Assembly (NCBI GenBank): GCA_964187785.1
Contig: OZ076409.1
Span: 50,222,001-50,282,000 of the forward strand
Direction of reading: 5' to 3'
Origin: Amphiscolops sp. MND2022
Taxonomy: Eukaryota
DNA: 60,000 nucleotides
The position numbers and the translations under genes were made by a program. Under the pieces are notes generated by a model. It was not told where the DNA came from, ran no database searches, and was given only the letters and a program-made list of their open reading frames with translations. Positions 25,977 through 39,190 of this stretch are shown piece by piece (positions within the stretch are counted from its first letter, which is position 1; every line of letters begins with the position of its first letter).

Positions 25977-28900
25977 ATGGTCAGTCTGCCGTTCAACGGG
26001 CGCATTAGCTTTTTAGACAACGAAAACGATGTAACACTGCTCCGCAATAAATGCTACTCAGCTGCTGTTCCCGCGGAAATAGACGATTTGACTGATATAG
26101 CGAAGTTCAAAATGCAGTTCGAGACTGTAGTGAATAGCGTTAAACGGCAGGACGGTGCTGCAGTTCTCTTCAATATCTCAACTAAAATTGTTAGTGAAAT
26201 AATTCGTGTGACTGCATAAAGGATCAAAAGGGGCTGGCTATACAAGGATAATTGTAAATGAACACTGAATGCGGGAAATGAATGAACCCATAATCCTCAG
26301 TAGCATAAAATATTCTACATTCAAATGAAAATACTTTTTTAAAGTGCGAAACTTGACTAATTATAGTGGAAACTGAATAAAGACAGTGATTTTCATTGCT
26401 ATAAAAATTAAGTAGATGCCCTGAAAATGTAATCGCATAGGAATTGGAAATTTTAATAGAAAACAAACCATGGTGAAAAACGGTCTCTTTTTCCTTTCCC
26501 CACACTTTTTAAAGAAAACAAACTCAACATAAAGGATTATTTATTCGACTATATCATTTGAGAGAGCTCTTCGGTGCTTCATCTGACAATCCTTTTTTGG
26601 TGCTTCATTTTCTTATCCCCCCGTGATCATCCAATAAGCATGCAGTTAGTTTTTTTATTCAATGGTTTTTTTATTATTATCAATAATTGATAGCGTACTT
26701 TTAATAATTGTAATAGTTTTTTATAATGTGACGTGGTATGTGTATGTATTATCATACTGATTCTTAATTTACTTGTTTTTTTACTAAATCATTCAATCTT
26801 TCTTCGAATAAGTCTTTTCCTTTGTTTTGTTGCCTCTACACTATTTGAGTAGTTTTCCGCTTGAACAAAACATTGTTCACACAATTTGACTAATTATGTT
26901 CGTATTGAGTGTTTATTGATGACTCAAAACAGGAAGCTGTTGATTTCTTCATCAAAAATGCGTAACTACATAGGGTACATAAGTGTGAACAAAGTTTGTA
27001 TCTGAATCCTAAACTATCACCCTGAGAATAAATTTAAAACTGAACTGTTTCATTGGAAACGCAATTGAGATATAATTAATTGCAAAAACATCATCTTGAG
27101 AAGTGTGGGGGAAAAGGAAAAAGTTCCGAATAACGTTTTCGACAATTAATGTCATCATCAGGAATTGGAAATTGTTGATCTTAATTCAGAGTCAACGTCA
27201 CCAGAGCGACACATAGTTTTTCAAACCTTTCAGCTTGAAGCAGACTCTTGTTGACTTCTGCTACACTGGCTGTTGCCCTTTGTTAACGCTATAATAATAA
27301 ATCAGAATTTATGGACGAAATCCATAGCTAGATGAATAGCAAACTCTTGGGAAGAATTAATATTTTTGATCAAATTGAATCAAAGTATTACGCGCCAAAA
27401 GTAAAATCTTATTCGCGGTAAAGTCATGCAATAACCATGAAAGTTTTCATCATTAGTCATTATAAAGTGTTCATAAATCAAATGACATGTGATATTCCAA
27501 TTAATGGGCTAAATTGGATATTGTTTGCTAATACGGATTTATTGACCCCCCAAAAAATATTTCGTATTTTCAGTGTAAAAATTGATGGGTAGTTATTGTT
27601 TCGGTAATCATTTCGGACCGAACTATTTTACGAGGTGACCAGTTTTTCAGAAGTGACGAAAAGTTTTCGAGGCTCAGGTTGTTCATGCAGCGTAAGTAAA
27701 AAAACTTCTTTTTCGAATCAATGATCGCTTTGTCTTGTTCGCACAAGTGTGAAACGAAGCTGACTCATGCTTTCTGACATGACTACTATTTTTTGTTCAC
27801 AACATCGTGCAAACATGCGAGCCATACGTTTTATTATGGGAAATTTATTTCTGCGTAGGTGGGTATTCTGTGGTGAAATTTTGGGGGACAGATAAATTTT
27901 CTGGCAGTAGGCTGGGGGGCATTAGCAAACAAGATCCCTAAATTTTGTCTGCTGTCGCGAAATTTGTTCGGGAGCATTATTCCCCTGTCACATATACAGC
28001 GCCTCCGTAAAAAAATTTTATTGCAATTATTTTCGATGAATTTTTTGGCATTTCTGTAGGGCAATAATTGATTTTCAACGGAGCTTTAGGGAAATAATTG
28101 AGGGACTCAAATACACTTATTTAAAGTTTTGACAATTAAGGTCAGCTCGATTTCAATAGTGTCATGCAGCGACCGCCACAAAGTTAGCGCGCTCGTCTGT
28201 GATTAGGTGAGGTGCTCGCTCGCGGTTATTGCGTCAGCCATCGCTGCTTGCATCAGTTGCAAAACTCGTCCGTATCAATAAATAAAGACGTTGTTCAGTT
28301 TTATTTCAAGTACAAGGGGGGCGATAAATGGCAGTGCAAGTGTGGGTGCGAGCGTAAGCAGAAAAAAAGATAGAGGTATTCAAACTTATCGAGCCATATT
28401 ATGGTTGAGCACCCGCAGTGGCAGGCAGAATTCGCGAGCCACAGGAAGCAATCAACCATAGATTCCGCGACGGTAAGTCGTTCTGGCGGCAACTTGCATG
28501 GCTGGCTCCAAATGATTATTATCAGTCATCAGCGCTTTTTTTACGAAAACGAATTTATACGGAAGAATCTACAGCCTATTTCTGTTGATACATTAACAAA
28601 ATACGTAGATTTAGTTGTGAAAGAAGTCGAGAAAGTCATTTCTAATTCGTTACCCGATAGTTTCGCAATTATTTGCGATGGATGGACGGCTAATTCCGTG
28701 CAATATTTTGCTGTTTTTGCTTCCTATTTTGATGATGCTTCAAAAAGCGTTTGCAGTCCTTTACTTGCTATTGCGCCGCTTCATGAAGAGGAGGAACTTG
28801 ATGCTGCTAGCCACGCCGAGTTTATATCGTCGACACTCACACTTTTTGGTAATTCTGTAGCTGCAATTTCAGCGCTTATAGCAGACAATGAACCCTTGAA

Positions 28901-31900
28901 CCGGGCTCTTTCACGTCTACTCAAATCGCCAATGACCGGATGTGCCAGTCACCGCCTAAACCTTGCTGTGGTACGTTGCCTACGTATCAGAAATCGAGAC
29001 GGTGACAAAGACGCTGCAGCAAGAACGCTGTGTGTCGCTTTCTGATATTCGTGCATTGTTTGATGAACTGATCGTGAAATTTCCGTGAATGGCATTATCT
29101 CAAAATGCAGACATTGTTCACAGCAGAGATTTTGAAAACGGCGTGGTGAAAATTAGAGATGGAAAAGCGTCTGATTTAACTGATCGAGAGAAACAAGCGC
29201 TGGAAAATTTCTAGATTTCAGAAGTTCTGGATCCCAACGAAAATATCAGTTTTGCAGAGTGTGTTTTGAGGGCGAAAAAGATGAAGAGTGCTTCAAATGG
29301 CTATGAGCGCTTAGACTGGTTACCAAGAACTTCCAATCAGTGTGAACGACTTTTTAGTCGGGCGAAACTCACTCTCGGCCATCTTCGCCAAGGGCTGTCA
29401 CCAATGCATCTCGAAGCGCAGTTATTTTTGTTTCTAAATAGAAATTACTGGGATGCTCAATTGGTGTCGAGAGTTGTAAATCGTAAAAACAATCCTAAAT
29501 AATTGTTTAAATAATTTAATTGCAATTATTCATTTTTCATACCAAGTTAGGAAAATTATTGATTGATGAGAGAGGGAGAAAAATAATTGAGGGGAAGTCT
29601 TCAATATTATTGCAATTATCTTTACAGAGGCCCTGCACATATCCAAAGTATGTGATAGTAATGATAAAGTATTGACTCAAACTCTATGATGTTTGTCAAA
29701 AAATGTTCCGCTTTGTTTTGGTATTTCTGATTTAAGGCGTCAAATTCGCAGTGGGTGGTAAAAAAGCAAAGGTTCTCGCCTTTTCAGTTCACCTTCAACT
29801 ACATCAATTTTCCAACCTTGAAACATTTTAACTGTTTTTAGCTTGACAGAAGAAAGGCCAACAGCTGAAAAAGTTTTTTTGTATTTAATGGATACTAACA
29901 GAAATCATACAAAAACTATTAACAAATGAAATGCACCATGCGCATCGAACCAAAAAGAGCGAGAACGTTCAAATATGTAGCCCGTGTTAGAGGCTCTGAG
30001 GTTGTTTCGCTGACTCGGAGTTTGAGCGCAAGTCTTGTCTTGATTTTCGACGCGGCAACTCCAGCTCACCCTGTAGTCACAAAGTCCAGCGGGCTGAACA
30101 GGATTTGCTTTGGACAGGAGATAGCGAAAGGAATGAAGATTTTCACTTCGAAAATCCTTCGACATAGTCTCGAGGCAGAGTCCGTTTATGTCTACCCTGG
30201 CCTCAACATCGGTGCTCGTTGATTTTTTATCAAAGGTCTCGTCTTCTATCGGCTGAAGTTTCCGTTCGATTTCGACATTGTTGCAGACGTCTGCTAGGAA
30301 CTTCGCGGATTTCGTTGTGTAGCAGATGGGGCAATCCACCTTCTGCGCAGTGTACAAATATTCAATTATTGGAACTTTTAGAATTTTCAACATTGTAATC
30401 CGAATATTTCGATGGCGGTTCGGAATAATGGCATTGTGGCTCGAAGTATGTAATGACTCAAACACTGTATGGCCGCTAGTACGGCGCGACAGATTTATTA
30501 CTGACGTTATTCTTATTTCTGCGATAGCAGGAATATTATTGAAACCTCAAGATGTCTTCTTTTTTTTTCAGTAAAATTCTTGGTATGATACTGAATAATT
30601 CAGATATTTTTCTGTTCGGCAGATACTTTAAGCGTGAGAATTAAATTTCGCAAACTGCCGACGACAGTTTGATTCTCGTGCGATGGAACGAGAGTGTGGT
30701 AATTATGCATTCGTACGCTGACGTCATTGAGATGAAGCGAGCGAATGTTGGTAATTATGCTTTCGTACGCCGAGGTATTGAGATGAAGCCAATGAGTGTT
30801 AATTATTCGTTCGCCGAGAGCGCCTGCATTAAAATCCGAATGCGAAACTTCGTCTACTCTTAGTAGTTAGTTATATTTGCTTTAGTCCGATATGTAAATG
30901 CGGTATAAACTGGTGCAGTGATTAATTGTGCGCTGAATAATGATTTAACAGGAGTGTATTAGTATTCCAGATATGATTCTATTATCAATGAAAGATTAAA
31001 GCAGAAATAGTCGTGTGCCCCGGAGTGGCCTATTTTAAACAGCTTGACTCAATAACCTGTGACGCTATAACCGTCTTAGTATCATAGCAGTCATTTTTCA
31101 CTGAATTTCATATTTCTGGCTCAAATGTACGTATTCAAATATCCCTTTTTTGTTTCAGCTGGAAAACAATGAAACTATCGATGTGTCAAGGTCTTTCAAA
31201 GATTTTATTTGGCTGGACTACCAACTTCGAACATATCATCAGAATGAACACCATATTGTTAGTTTTTTTGAGATAGAAAATGCTAAAGTCGTTAATGTTG
31301 ATCGTTCGGCTCACGGTTCTCTTTCTAGAGCTTTTTGTAGTCAGCAATCTGAACTGTCAGTTTAGCCGAAAACGAATGTCAGTTTTTTTGTGTACAATAG
31401 TTTGTCGGAAAAGGTACTTTCTCGGTCGCACACAAGAGCCTTTTGTCTGTAGTTATGTCTCTATACCATGCTTTCAATTGCTAAGTGTGCAAAGCCTCGT
31501 GTATTCGTTTCAATTGGGGTTTTAGTTGGAAAAAAGGGTTAATTAAACCAACAAATAGTTTTGACTGGGAGGATCGATGTTAATGTAAAACAATTTGAAA
31601 AACTTATGTTGTTTCCCGCACTGGTACATCCCGGCTATTAATATTTTTGCGTAAGCTGAAATGTTACAAAAACCGTAATTAAAACTTCTATTGTTCCAAT
31701 TCGTCCCAATGTTGTGCTTATATTGAGATGAAGCGAACGAGTGTTGTTAAAATTTGATTTTATGCAATTATAACATGGAAAGTTGTGATCTATTTTTAGT
31801 TGTTCTGAGCAATTTGAAAGTACATTTTTTTTCATGGCTTTGTAGAAAATGATGGAATTAGTTAACAAAAACACTGTACCAGAGCAGAATATTCATTTCT

Positions 31901-34900
31901 TAAGTACACTTCAAATCCCTGGGAGATTGAAAACACTCCCACTTAGGAAGAATTGAAATTGATGACTGGGGTCCCTGAAACGAGAATCACAACCATTTAT
32001 CACGAGTGTAATTGAATGCCATTGCTTCGTCTTATTCGCTACATTTCAAGCTCATACTTTTCTCACGAGCAAGTTACAAGAGTAGCTGTTAGGGAAATGC
32101 TCGAAATTTTTGAAAAGTTACCGTTCTTTACGAAAAACTGCAACACAACATTTTCATTCAACCCTAATAAATCTAGTGGTACTTTAAAGCAGCCTATCGT
32201 TTTTCAATTTCTGATTCCTTTTGCCTCTAGCCCATATTCTCTAGCACAGTGTTTTTTCAACAATTCATTGGACCTATATTGATTTGAATGGCACAAGCAT
32301 TAGAAAATATAGAAAATGAATGTCTCCAAAGCTGAAAAGGTTTTTTTGCACAAGAAATGGTTATCTTTTTCCAAAATTCAGTTCTTGGCTAAATCCAGTT
32401 ATCTCAAAAGTTTTTTCTCAATAGAAAAAAGCAACCACACGCTTCCACAAGTGCTTGTGCAGCAAACCCCAATAATACCCTGTTGTTACTACAAGCCTCG
32501 CGCAGCGGGCCGCAGGAAGCGGCGAAACCGGAAAACTAAAATTCTGAAGAATGGGGCGCGCGGCGACAGGGTCTCACCTAACCAAAATGAAAGCTCAATA
32601 CCAGACTTTTCCAACGCGGTATAATTTGTTTCTCTGGTACGCGTAGTTGTGGAGATATTAATGATTAAAAAAATTTATTCAGAACACCCAGAATAAATTT
32701 GTAAAACCACCCAGACCAATTAGGGTAAAGGAAAAATCAATGGATTCAATAAATATTTTTTCAACAGATCGTATTTATTGGCCATCACTGGAAATGGCCT
32801 TACCTGTGACTGTATATGACATTCACCTGATATCATTGAGAACTTGATTAACCTTCATTTAAAACGTGAAAATAAAAAAAATACTGACCTGTTTTCTCGT
32901 TATGAAAATTGGAATGTCTGCTTTTTTGAAAATAACTCAGTTACATCTGCAGGATAGACAACTCAATTAGCTATCTGGAGACAGATGACCATAACGTGAA
33001 ATTCTATTATAGAAAAACTATAATGACAGCTATAATAATCATATCATAGCAACTATAATAACGCCTATTATATATACATATATTATATATCGAAATTCTG
33101 TGATAAAATTTTTTAATGCCGCAATTATCGACTATATTTTTTTCATATGAACTAACTTTATATGAACAATACATTTTATCGACATATTTCGCAACAAGAC
33201 ATGGATACCTCTCAATGCGATTTTTCCTCGATATGTTAAAACTACTTATTTTTGATTGCTACAACAACTAAATCATGTTCAATCATTTTCAATAAAATGT
33301 TTTCAATTCAGTTTCCCCAGAAATGACATCGATTTTTATGGAGTGCTATGATAGATTTCTATTCCATCATTGTTTATAGTAAAAGCTATATTAAATTCAA
33401 CAATCGATGGTTATAGGGCCATCTCTGTCTAATAATGTAATATACTTTCCTAGTATAAATTTTCTCTGTCTAGTATCTATACATTTAAAAATTAATACAA
33501 CCAATAAACCAAGTTCTTAGGAAATGCCTTCAAACAGTTGTCAGTTCTCTTGGAAAGAGCGCTTATTGTTGTTTAACCTCCGATTGAACCTCTGAAACTT
33601 TGGAATTTTTTAAGACACGCTTCAAATGACAGGAAGTTTCTATCTAGTGTTACTTTTATCTTTGAGAAGTTCTCTTCAACTCAGTTAAACTAGCTTAATT
33701 CTGATGGAATAATGACCTAGTTTAGTTGTTTGGCACAGATTCACTCAAAATGAATCCGGAAAAGGTATGGTCTAGAGCTTTTTCTAGTCAGCCATCTGTG
33801 TGGAAAACAGTTTATTGTTTTTGGTGAACGATAATTTGTCTAGTTAAGCTGAAATGTTACTGAAATCGTAGCTGCTAGTTGTCAGACTTTTATTGTTCCA
33901 TTTCCTCGCAACGAGGTGGTACTTTTTTGAGATGAAGCGAATGAGTGTTATTAAATTTTGATTTTATGCAATTATAACAGAAAGTTATCTATTTTCTGTT
34001 TTTCTGACCAATTTGTATTGAAAGTTCACCTGAATATTATCGTATCATTTCTTTTCCATAGCTTTGTAGAAAATGATGAACACTGACAAAGCCAATTGTT
34101 CATTTCTTAAGTAGCCTTTTAATCTCAAGGAGCAACAGGAAAACACTTCTACTCAGAAAGAATCGAAATTAATGATTGGGATGCCTGAAACAATACTAGT
34201 GAGCGGAAGTGACATAAAACAGGGGAACGGTAATAGTCGGTTGGCCAATCCAATCTCGAATATATCAACATGAACGCGTTCTGGTGTTTACTAAAGCGGA
34301 AAATTGGTACCGTCCTGGAAATCCCACTACTTAGGGATTTGAAAGAACTGCCGGAAAGCCAGTGTACATTCATGTAGTCCTCAGTCTTATATTTCAAAGG
34401 AGCGCCGACTAAACTTTGCCTCTGCCGGAATGTTTACATTATAGTCCTTTTTTCAACTTATGTCAAGTCGCTGTGTTAGGAACTGTGAGTCCATAACCAT
34501 ATTTATATCATTTTTCTTTTCAGTTTCCACCCCTGCCTTCAAGTGGTGGTAAGCAATCAAAGAACAATTCGTTGGTTGCCACCAAAATCATCGACGAGTA
34601 TTCAATCGATTGCACGGTACTCACGCAGTAAGTTATCATTCTTCGTTACTGTGACCAAGTGAACGGAAATCTTTTCTCGAAGAAAAATTCATGAGCTATT
34701 TTCTGTTCGAAACCATCTGGTTCTTATTTTATAAATCAAAACGGTGAGAACTAATTTTATTCTGGTAAGTTAGATGAGAATCTCAGGAATTTACCCTAAA
34801 ATAATTTGAAGACGAGATCTGACCTGTGATGACCAATTGAGTTTTTTGATGGATTTGAAATATATCGATCGATATCTATGTTTAACGAATCCAATCAACG

Positions 34901-37900
34901 TAATTAGCGCCGGGACCCTTTCCCATTTTTAACATCCATTCTGTCGCAAAACATCCAAAAATAGAAGGGGGACCCTTTGGTGAGAAATAAATTCCGAAAA
35001 AAAGTCACAATGCCGAAAAAAACTGAAAGGGGGCCCTTTAGTCTCTCCCGGTATTGTATGTTACGCGGAACACAAGGAAAAACCTTTTTGGTTCGCTGGG
35101 CCAAATGATTCAATTTGTGATCATAAAATTTCGTAGAACTTTTAAGAACTATTTTGGTCAGTTCGTGTGGATTGAAAAAAAATCACTTCATGAAGCGCCG
35201 ACTAAAAATTACCAATCTTTACCAGAAACTGCAACTCAAAACATTTTCATTTGCCGAAAATCGATATGAGGAAATCTTTTATGGGGTTCCATTACATTGA
35301 TTTATTAATTTATGGAAACTTTCAACGGATTCATTGAATAATTATTCAATGGATCCTATATATTGATCATCACTGTATATCACACTCACGTAATATGATT
35401 AGTGAACTTGATTAACCTTCATTTTAAAATGTGAAAATGAAAATATATTCCAACCTGTTTGTCTTTCTATTCTCTTGCTATGATGGAAATTTAGTGGCAG
35501 CTTTTCTGAAAAAAAACAGTTACATCTGGAGGACAACTTAGCTAGAGGACATCTGGAGAATAATTTATTGACTTTCGAAGTATAAATTGCCTATCTATTC
35601 ATAACCATCATCTACATTTTAAAACTAATACAACTTCAAAAACCTCTAGTTTTCACTGAGTGCTTTCAAACACACTTTCCATTTCTCCTGAAAAGAGCGT
35701 TTATTGTCCTTTAACCTCCGAGTGAACCTTTGGAGTTCAAATGGCAAGAAGTTTGTTATGTAGCGTCTCTGTTATCTTTTTAATGAGGAGTTATATTTTC
35801 AATCCAGTGGAACTAGTTTACAATTTAAGAAAGTGATGGAATTATAACCTCGTTTAGTTTTTTGTCACACAGTGAATCCCAAGAATGAAACAGTTTTTAT
35901 GCTTGTGTTTTCATTCCTCAGATATATGACGGGCATTTCTCTACAAAAATTTTCTGCGTTTGGAAATTTTGATAAGCTAACTTTTTGGAATGGAATCGTC
36001 TTAACTTCGGATTCTGCATTTGAAAATCAATGTTATCTCCAGATTTTTGATGTTTTAGGTATCTTGGAGTTCTGTGTCGGCATCCGAAGTTCGCGAACTC
36101 GCTTTTTCTGAGAAATTTTTTGACCCAGGAGAATGTTGAAACGATGAAAGATTTGACTAATTGTCTGCCAACATCCTACAGTTTCAAAATACCCTCCACT
36201 TTTGTAAGTTTTCTATCCATCAAGCTCATGCGATATCTGTTCTCTCAAGATCCAGTTGACTGGTGTCAGGACATTTCGTCCTATGCAATTTCAACCGTTG
36301 CCATTTCAACCGCTCACAATTTCAACCTATTGCATTTTCAATCGTTTGCAATTTCGACCTAAACTAATTTTGGCTATTTAGTCTTAATTCGGTTGAGCTG
36401 TTCTTCCGGTGTAATAATTACTAATGAATCAAACAGCCTTAATTATTTGTAATAATTCATGAAGAAGCCGAAACGTACCGAAACTGGCGTAAAAATTAGC
36501 ACATTTGAATTTAGAAATGTATAAAAGTTAAAACCACCAAAATAATTATGTAACTAATTAGGATCCATTAGCTAAAATTAGTTTAGGTCGAAATTGCAAA
36601 CGGTTGAAAATGCAATAGGTTGAAATTGTGAGCGGTTGAAATGGCAACGGTTGAAAGTGCATAGGTTGAAAGTGTATAGGACGAAATGTCATGTAACCCA
36701 GTTGACTAATTGTTAATGTTCAGTAGATATCAAAAAGCTCAATTGTTGGTGCACGTTTTTTCGTCTCGAAATATCAAATGTATGCGCAATGGAAATCACT
36801 ATAGACCAAATTTGCTTTCAATGTATTCAATATAATGTTTTCCGTGAAACTAAGCTGATGTCACTTTCCGAAAAGTGTTTTTGGCTAAACTTACATTCTT
36901 CGAATCTAGAGGAGCACTACACTTTTTGCACAATCTGGGCGGATGAATATCTTGTATGCTTTCAATATAATTTCACCGTTTTGGAGCAACAGCCTACCTA
37001 ATTTTTAGTCGACGCTTTATTGTAAATAAAGAGAGCGACTCTTATAGTGGCTTTTCGTTGTTTTTTTTTCCAATCCACACGAAGTGACTAAAACGTGTTC
37101 TACAAAAATTCTTCAAAATCGTGAAATGTACCATTTGGCCCCAGCACGCTACATCAGAATTTTTGACGTTATATCCAAATAAAGTTGCGTTTTACTACGG
37201 GGGAAAGTGGGTGTTCGAAAATAGTGCGCTATAACAGAATTTTTTACGTTATATCCGAAATAAATTGAAGTTTAGTCAGGAGGAAAAGGGTCGAATCTTG
37301 TGTGTTTCGACTGTTCGTTTCCTTCCAAAGTAAAAAAGCACGCTATATTCGTTTTTTGCATTATACGAAGTAAATTGCGCTTTACTAGGGAGGAGGCGGT
37401 GGTTTGAATCTTACTTTGAGACTGAGAATTTTCCCCGGTTTGTTTCCCATGCACATTGCTCTGTTCTTTCATCATTTATAGTCGAATCATACTGTCCTCT
37501 CCGGCCAGTATCCGACTTGACTCAATCCTCCTCGGTCCGATGGAAATGTTATTGTCCGATGTTCGTCTATGGGACAGCATCACTAATAAAATGTTTTCTC
37601 TGGTACTGCACTCGGCAATGGGGTTATTTTCAACGTTACCGAGGGATGTTTTGCCTTTTCAGAACGTTCAAGACGACTACTTTATCAAAGAATGCACATT
37701 TCTGTCCAAATATGACGTAGCTTTGAATAATTGCAATTCCGTGAGTACCTTGTTTTCCATTGAATTTGCAGCTTGTAAAAATCAAGTTATGATTTGAACA
37801 ACTATCTCTTGAGCACATTGCTTGCAGATAGTGAGATAATTTTCGAAAGGGAGCTGACATAGAAAAGCAGAATAAAAGGGGCCAGAAACTTTCATTTTTA

Positions 37901-39190
37901 AACAATTTAGTTTCCCGTTTGTCGCATATTTGAATACTTGATGTGATCTTCGGAAGCTGTGCCCCACATTAGGGATTGAGAATTGATCAAAGAATATCTT
38001 TGACTAAAACTACTAAAAATGAAAGCGGCTCCCTTTCTTGTTGCGTTGCTTGAGTTGAAAACACGTATTGTTTTCAGGTAGTGAAGAATATAGTTTTCAA
38101 GACAACAGACTTAGCTGAGATCTGGGCTGCCAACTCAATTTTGCTGCAGAGCAGTGCGGACAGCAGTCGCTTCAACAAATATCTCACTCTATTCGCCGAA
38201 GTGGCCCATGATCTGCAGTACCATTTCATAGCCACTCGAGACAGTGATGAGAAAAGTCTCGGGGTCACCCTTAGCCTTAATAGCATACTATTGAACGAAG
38301 AAAAGGTAAGTTTCATTACCTCCGCTAACTTAATTCGAAATCGGTTCATTTGTGTCTAATTTGATGGAAGTTTTGATATGATAGAAGATTCTTATGAATG
38401 GAAGATTTTTATGAAAGCGATTCTTTAGTCTCGCAACCCAAAAGCTCATAAATGATGGTGAACGGGACAAATATTTTTGTTCAGAAATTATTGGGCGAAT
38501 GGTACAACTCCATATGCAAATGTAACAGCCTGAAAGCACAGCTGAAGAAGCAGGGAGACACGCGTGCACCTAAACACAGACAGGTCTGTACTTGATTTTC
38601 TCAGTTTTGCTAGGAAATAACGTCCAAAGAAAAGTATCGTGATCTGTCATGGTTACATATACTCTAGTGCCCTAAATGCAGAAGCGGTGTGACGTGCCAT
38701 TGCATGTCTAGTTGCTGGTTTTGACGAATGCCGGCCTGAAGGGGCGCAAAGCGCCTCGGAAGGAGGAATGCGGAGTTTACAAACAAATTTTTCAATCGGT
38801 TTTTACTTTTCAGATCAATTTTTGCAAAACCTTTTTCAATCTTTAATTCCAAAAAACGTCTTGGACGTTATTTCCAACTTGCTCTGGAAATTATTTCCAC
38901 CAGCTGATCGTGTTTGGAAGTCACGCGAATTCAATGTTTGGGAAAGTAATTGACTAACATTTCCGCTCATAATATAATATTGTTTCCAGCTTCAAGATTC
39001 TCTGATCAAAGAGGAATCCACTTTAACAACGGTTGCCGAACAATGCAAAGCCGAAATTGAGCACTACAAAAAAGAAAGAACCCACACTTTGAGCCAGTCT
39101 GTTGCAGCCTATGCAGAGAACCAGCTGGCCGTAGCCAAACAAATAGAACAGTCGCTCCGAATCAGTCTCATGAAACTGAAGGAATCTTGA
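25977..39190 (+). CDS. PX-BAR sorting nexin, SNX5/6/32-like, about 379 aa, 9 exons
   Basis: Phase-compatible GT-AG exons: 25977-26126 (or 26129), 31159-31257 (VSRSFKDFIWL), 34524-34627 (FPPLP), 35922-35957, 36059-36203 (YLGVLCRHP..S.FLRNFL), 37663-37740 (DDYFIKECTFLSKY), 38078-38305, 38485-38583 and 38990-39190 (KAEIEHYKKER...AENQL). Exons 1 and 4 are the least certain. Confidence 0.85.
26847..27045. repeat. Dispersed repeat of about 200 bp, second copy at about 42605-42802
   Basis: GAGTAGTTTTCCGCTTGAACAAAACATTG...TTTAAAACTGAA is present at both loci with high identity. Confidence 0.85.
27997..29635 (+). mobile_element. hAT DNA transposon, internally deleted, in SNX intron 1
   Basis: 15-bp TIRs CAGCGCCTCCGTAAA and TTTACAGAGGCCCTG (13/15 match), with an 8-bp TSD CACATATA/CACATATC. 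Transposase remnants: BED-like WQCKC, DGWT, GCASHRLNLAV and TSNQCERLFS (hATC). Confidence 0.9.
28250..29502 (+). pseudogene. hAT transposase pseudogene
   Basis: ORFs 28401-29045 and 29266-29502 plus upstream CxC codons; stops and a central deletion. Confidence 0.85.
29935..30350 (-). mobile_element. 3' fragment of a CRE-like non-LTR retrotransposon (zinc knuckle and restriction-like endonuclease)
   Basis: Across minus frames: CAEGGLPHLLHNEIR, DVCNNVEIERKLQP...EARVDI, FEVKIF and FSPL..TTG*AG. These resemble RLE C-termini of CRE-type elements. Confidence 0.65.
30510..31035. repeat. Dispersed repeat of about 500 bp (copies at about 54035-54820, 57350-57860, partial 46340-46530)
   Basis: Shared TTTCTGCGATAGCAGGAATATTATTGAAACCTCAAGATG and CATTCGTACGCTGACGTCATTGAGATGAAGCG blocks. 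Confidence 0.85.
36262..36698. mobile_element. Mutator-like foldback MITE in SNX intron 5
   Basis: TIRs of about 110 bp built of TTCAACC/GGTTGAA units, with a 9-bp TSD CAGTTGACT (36253-36261 and 36699-36707). Confidence 0.9.

Noticed and set aside
37456..37662. 5' part of ORF 37456-37797 as SNX coding sequence
   Set aside because: Phase and SNX similarity fit only the acceptor at 37662; the upstream part is probably intronic.
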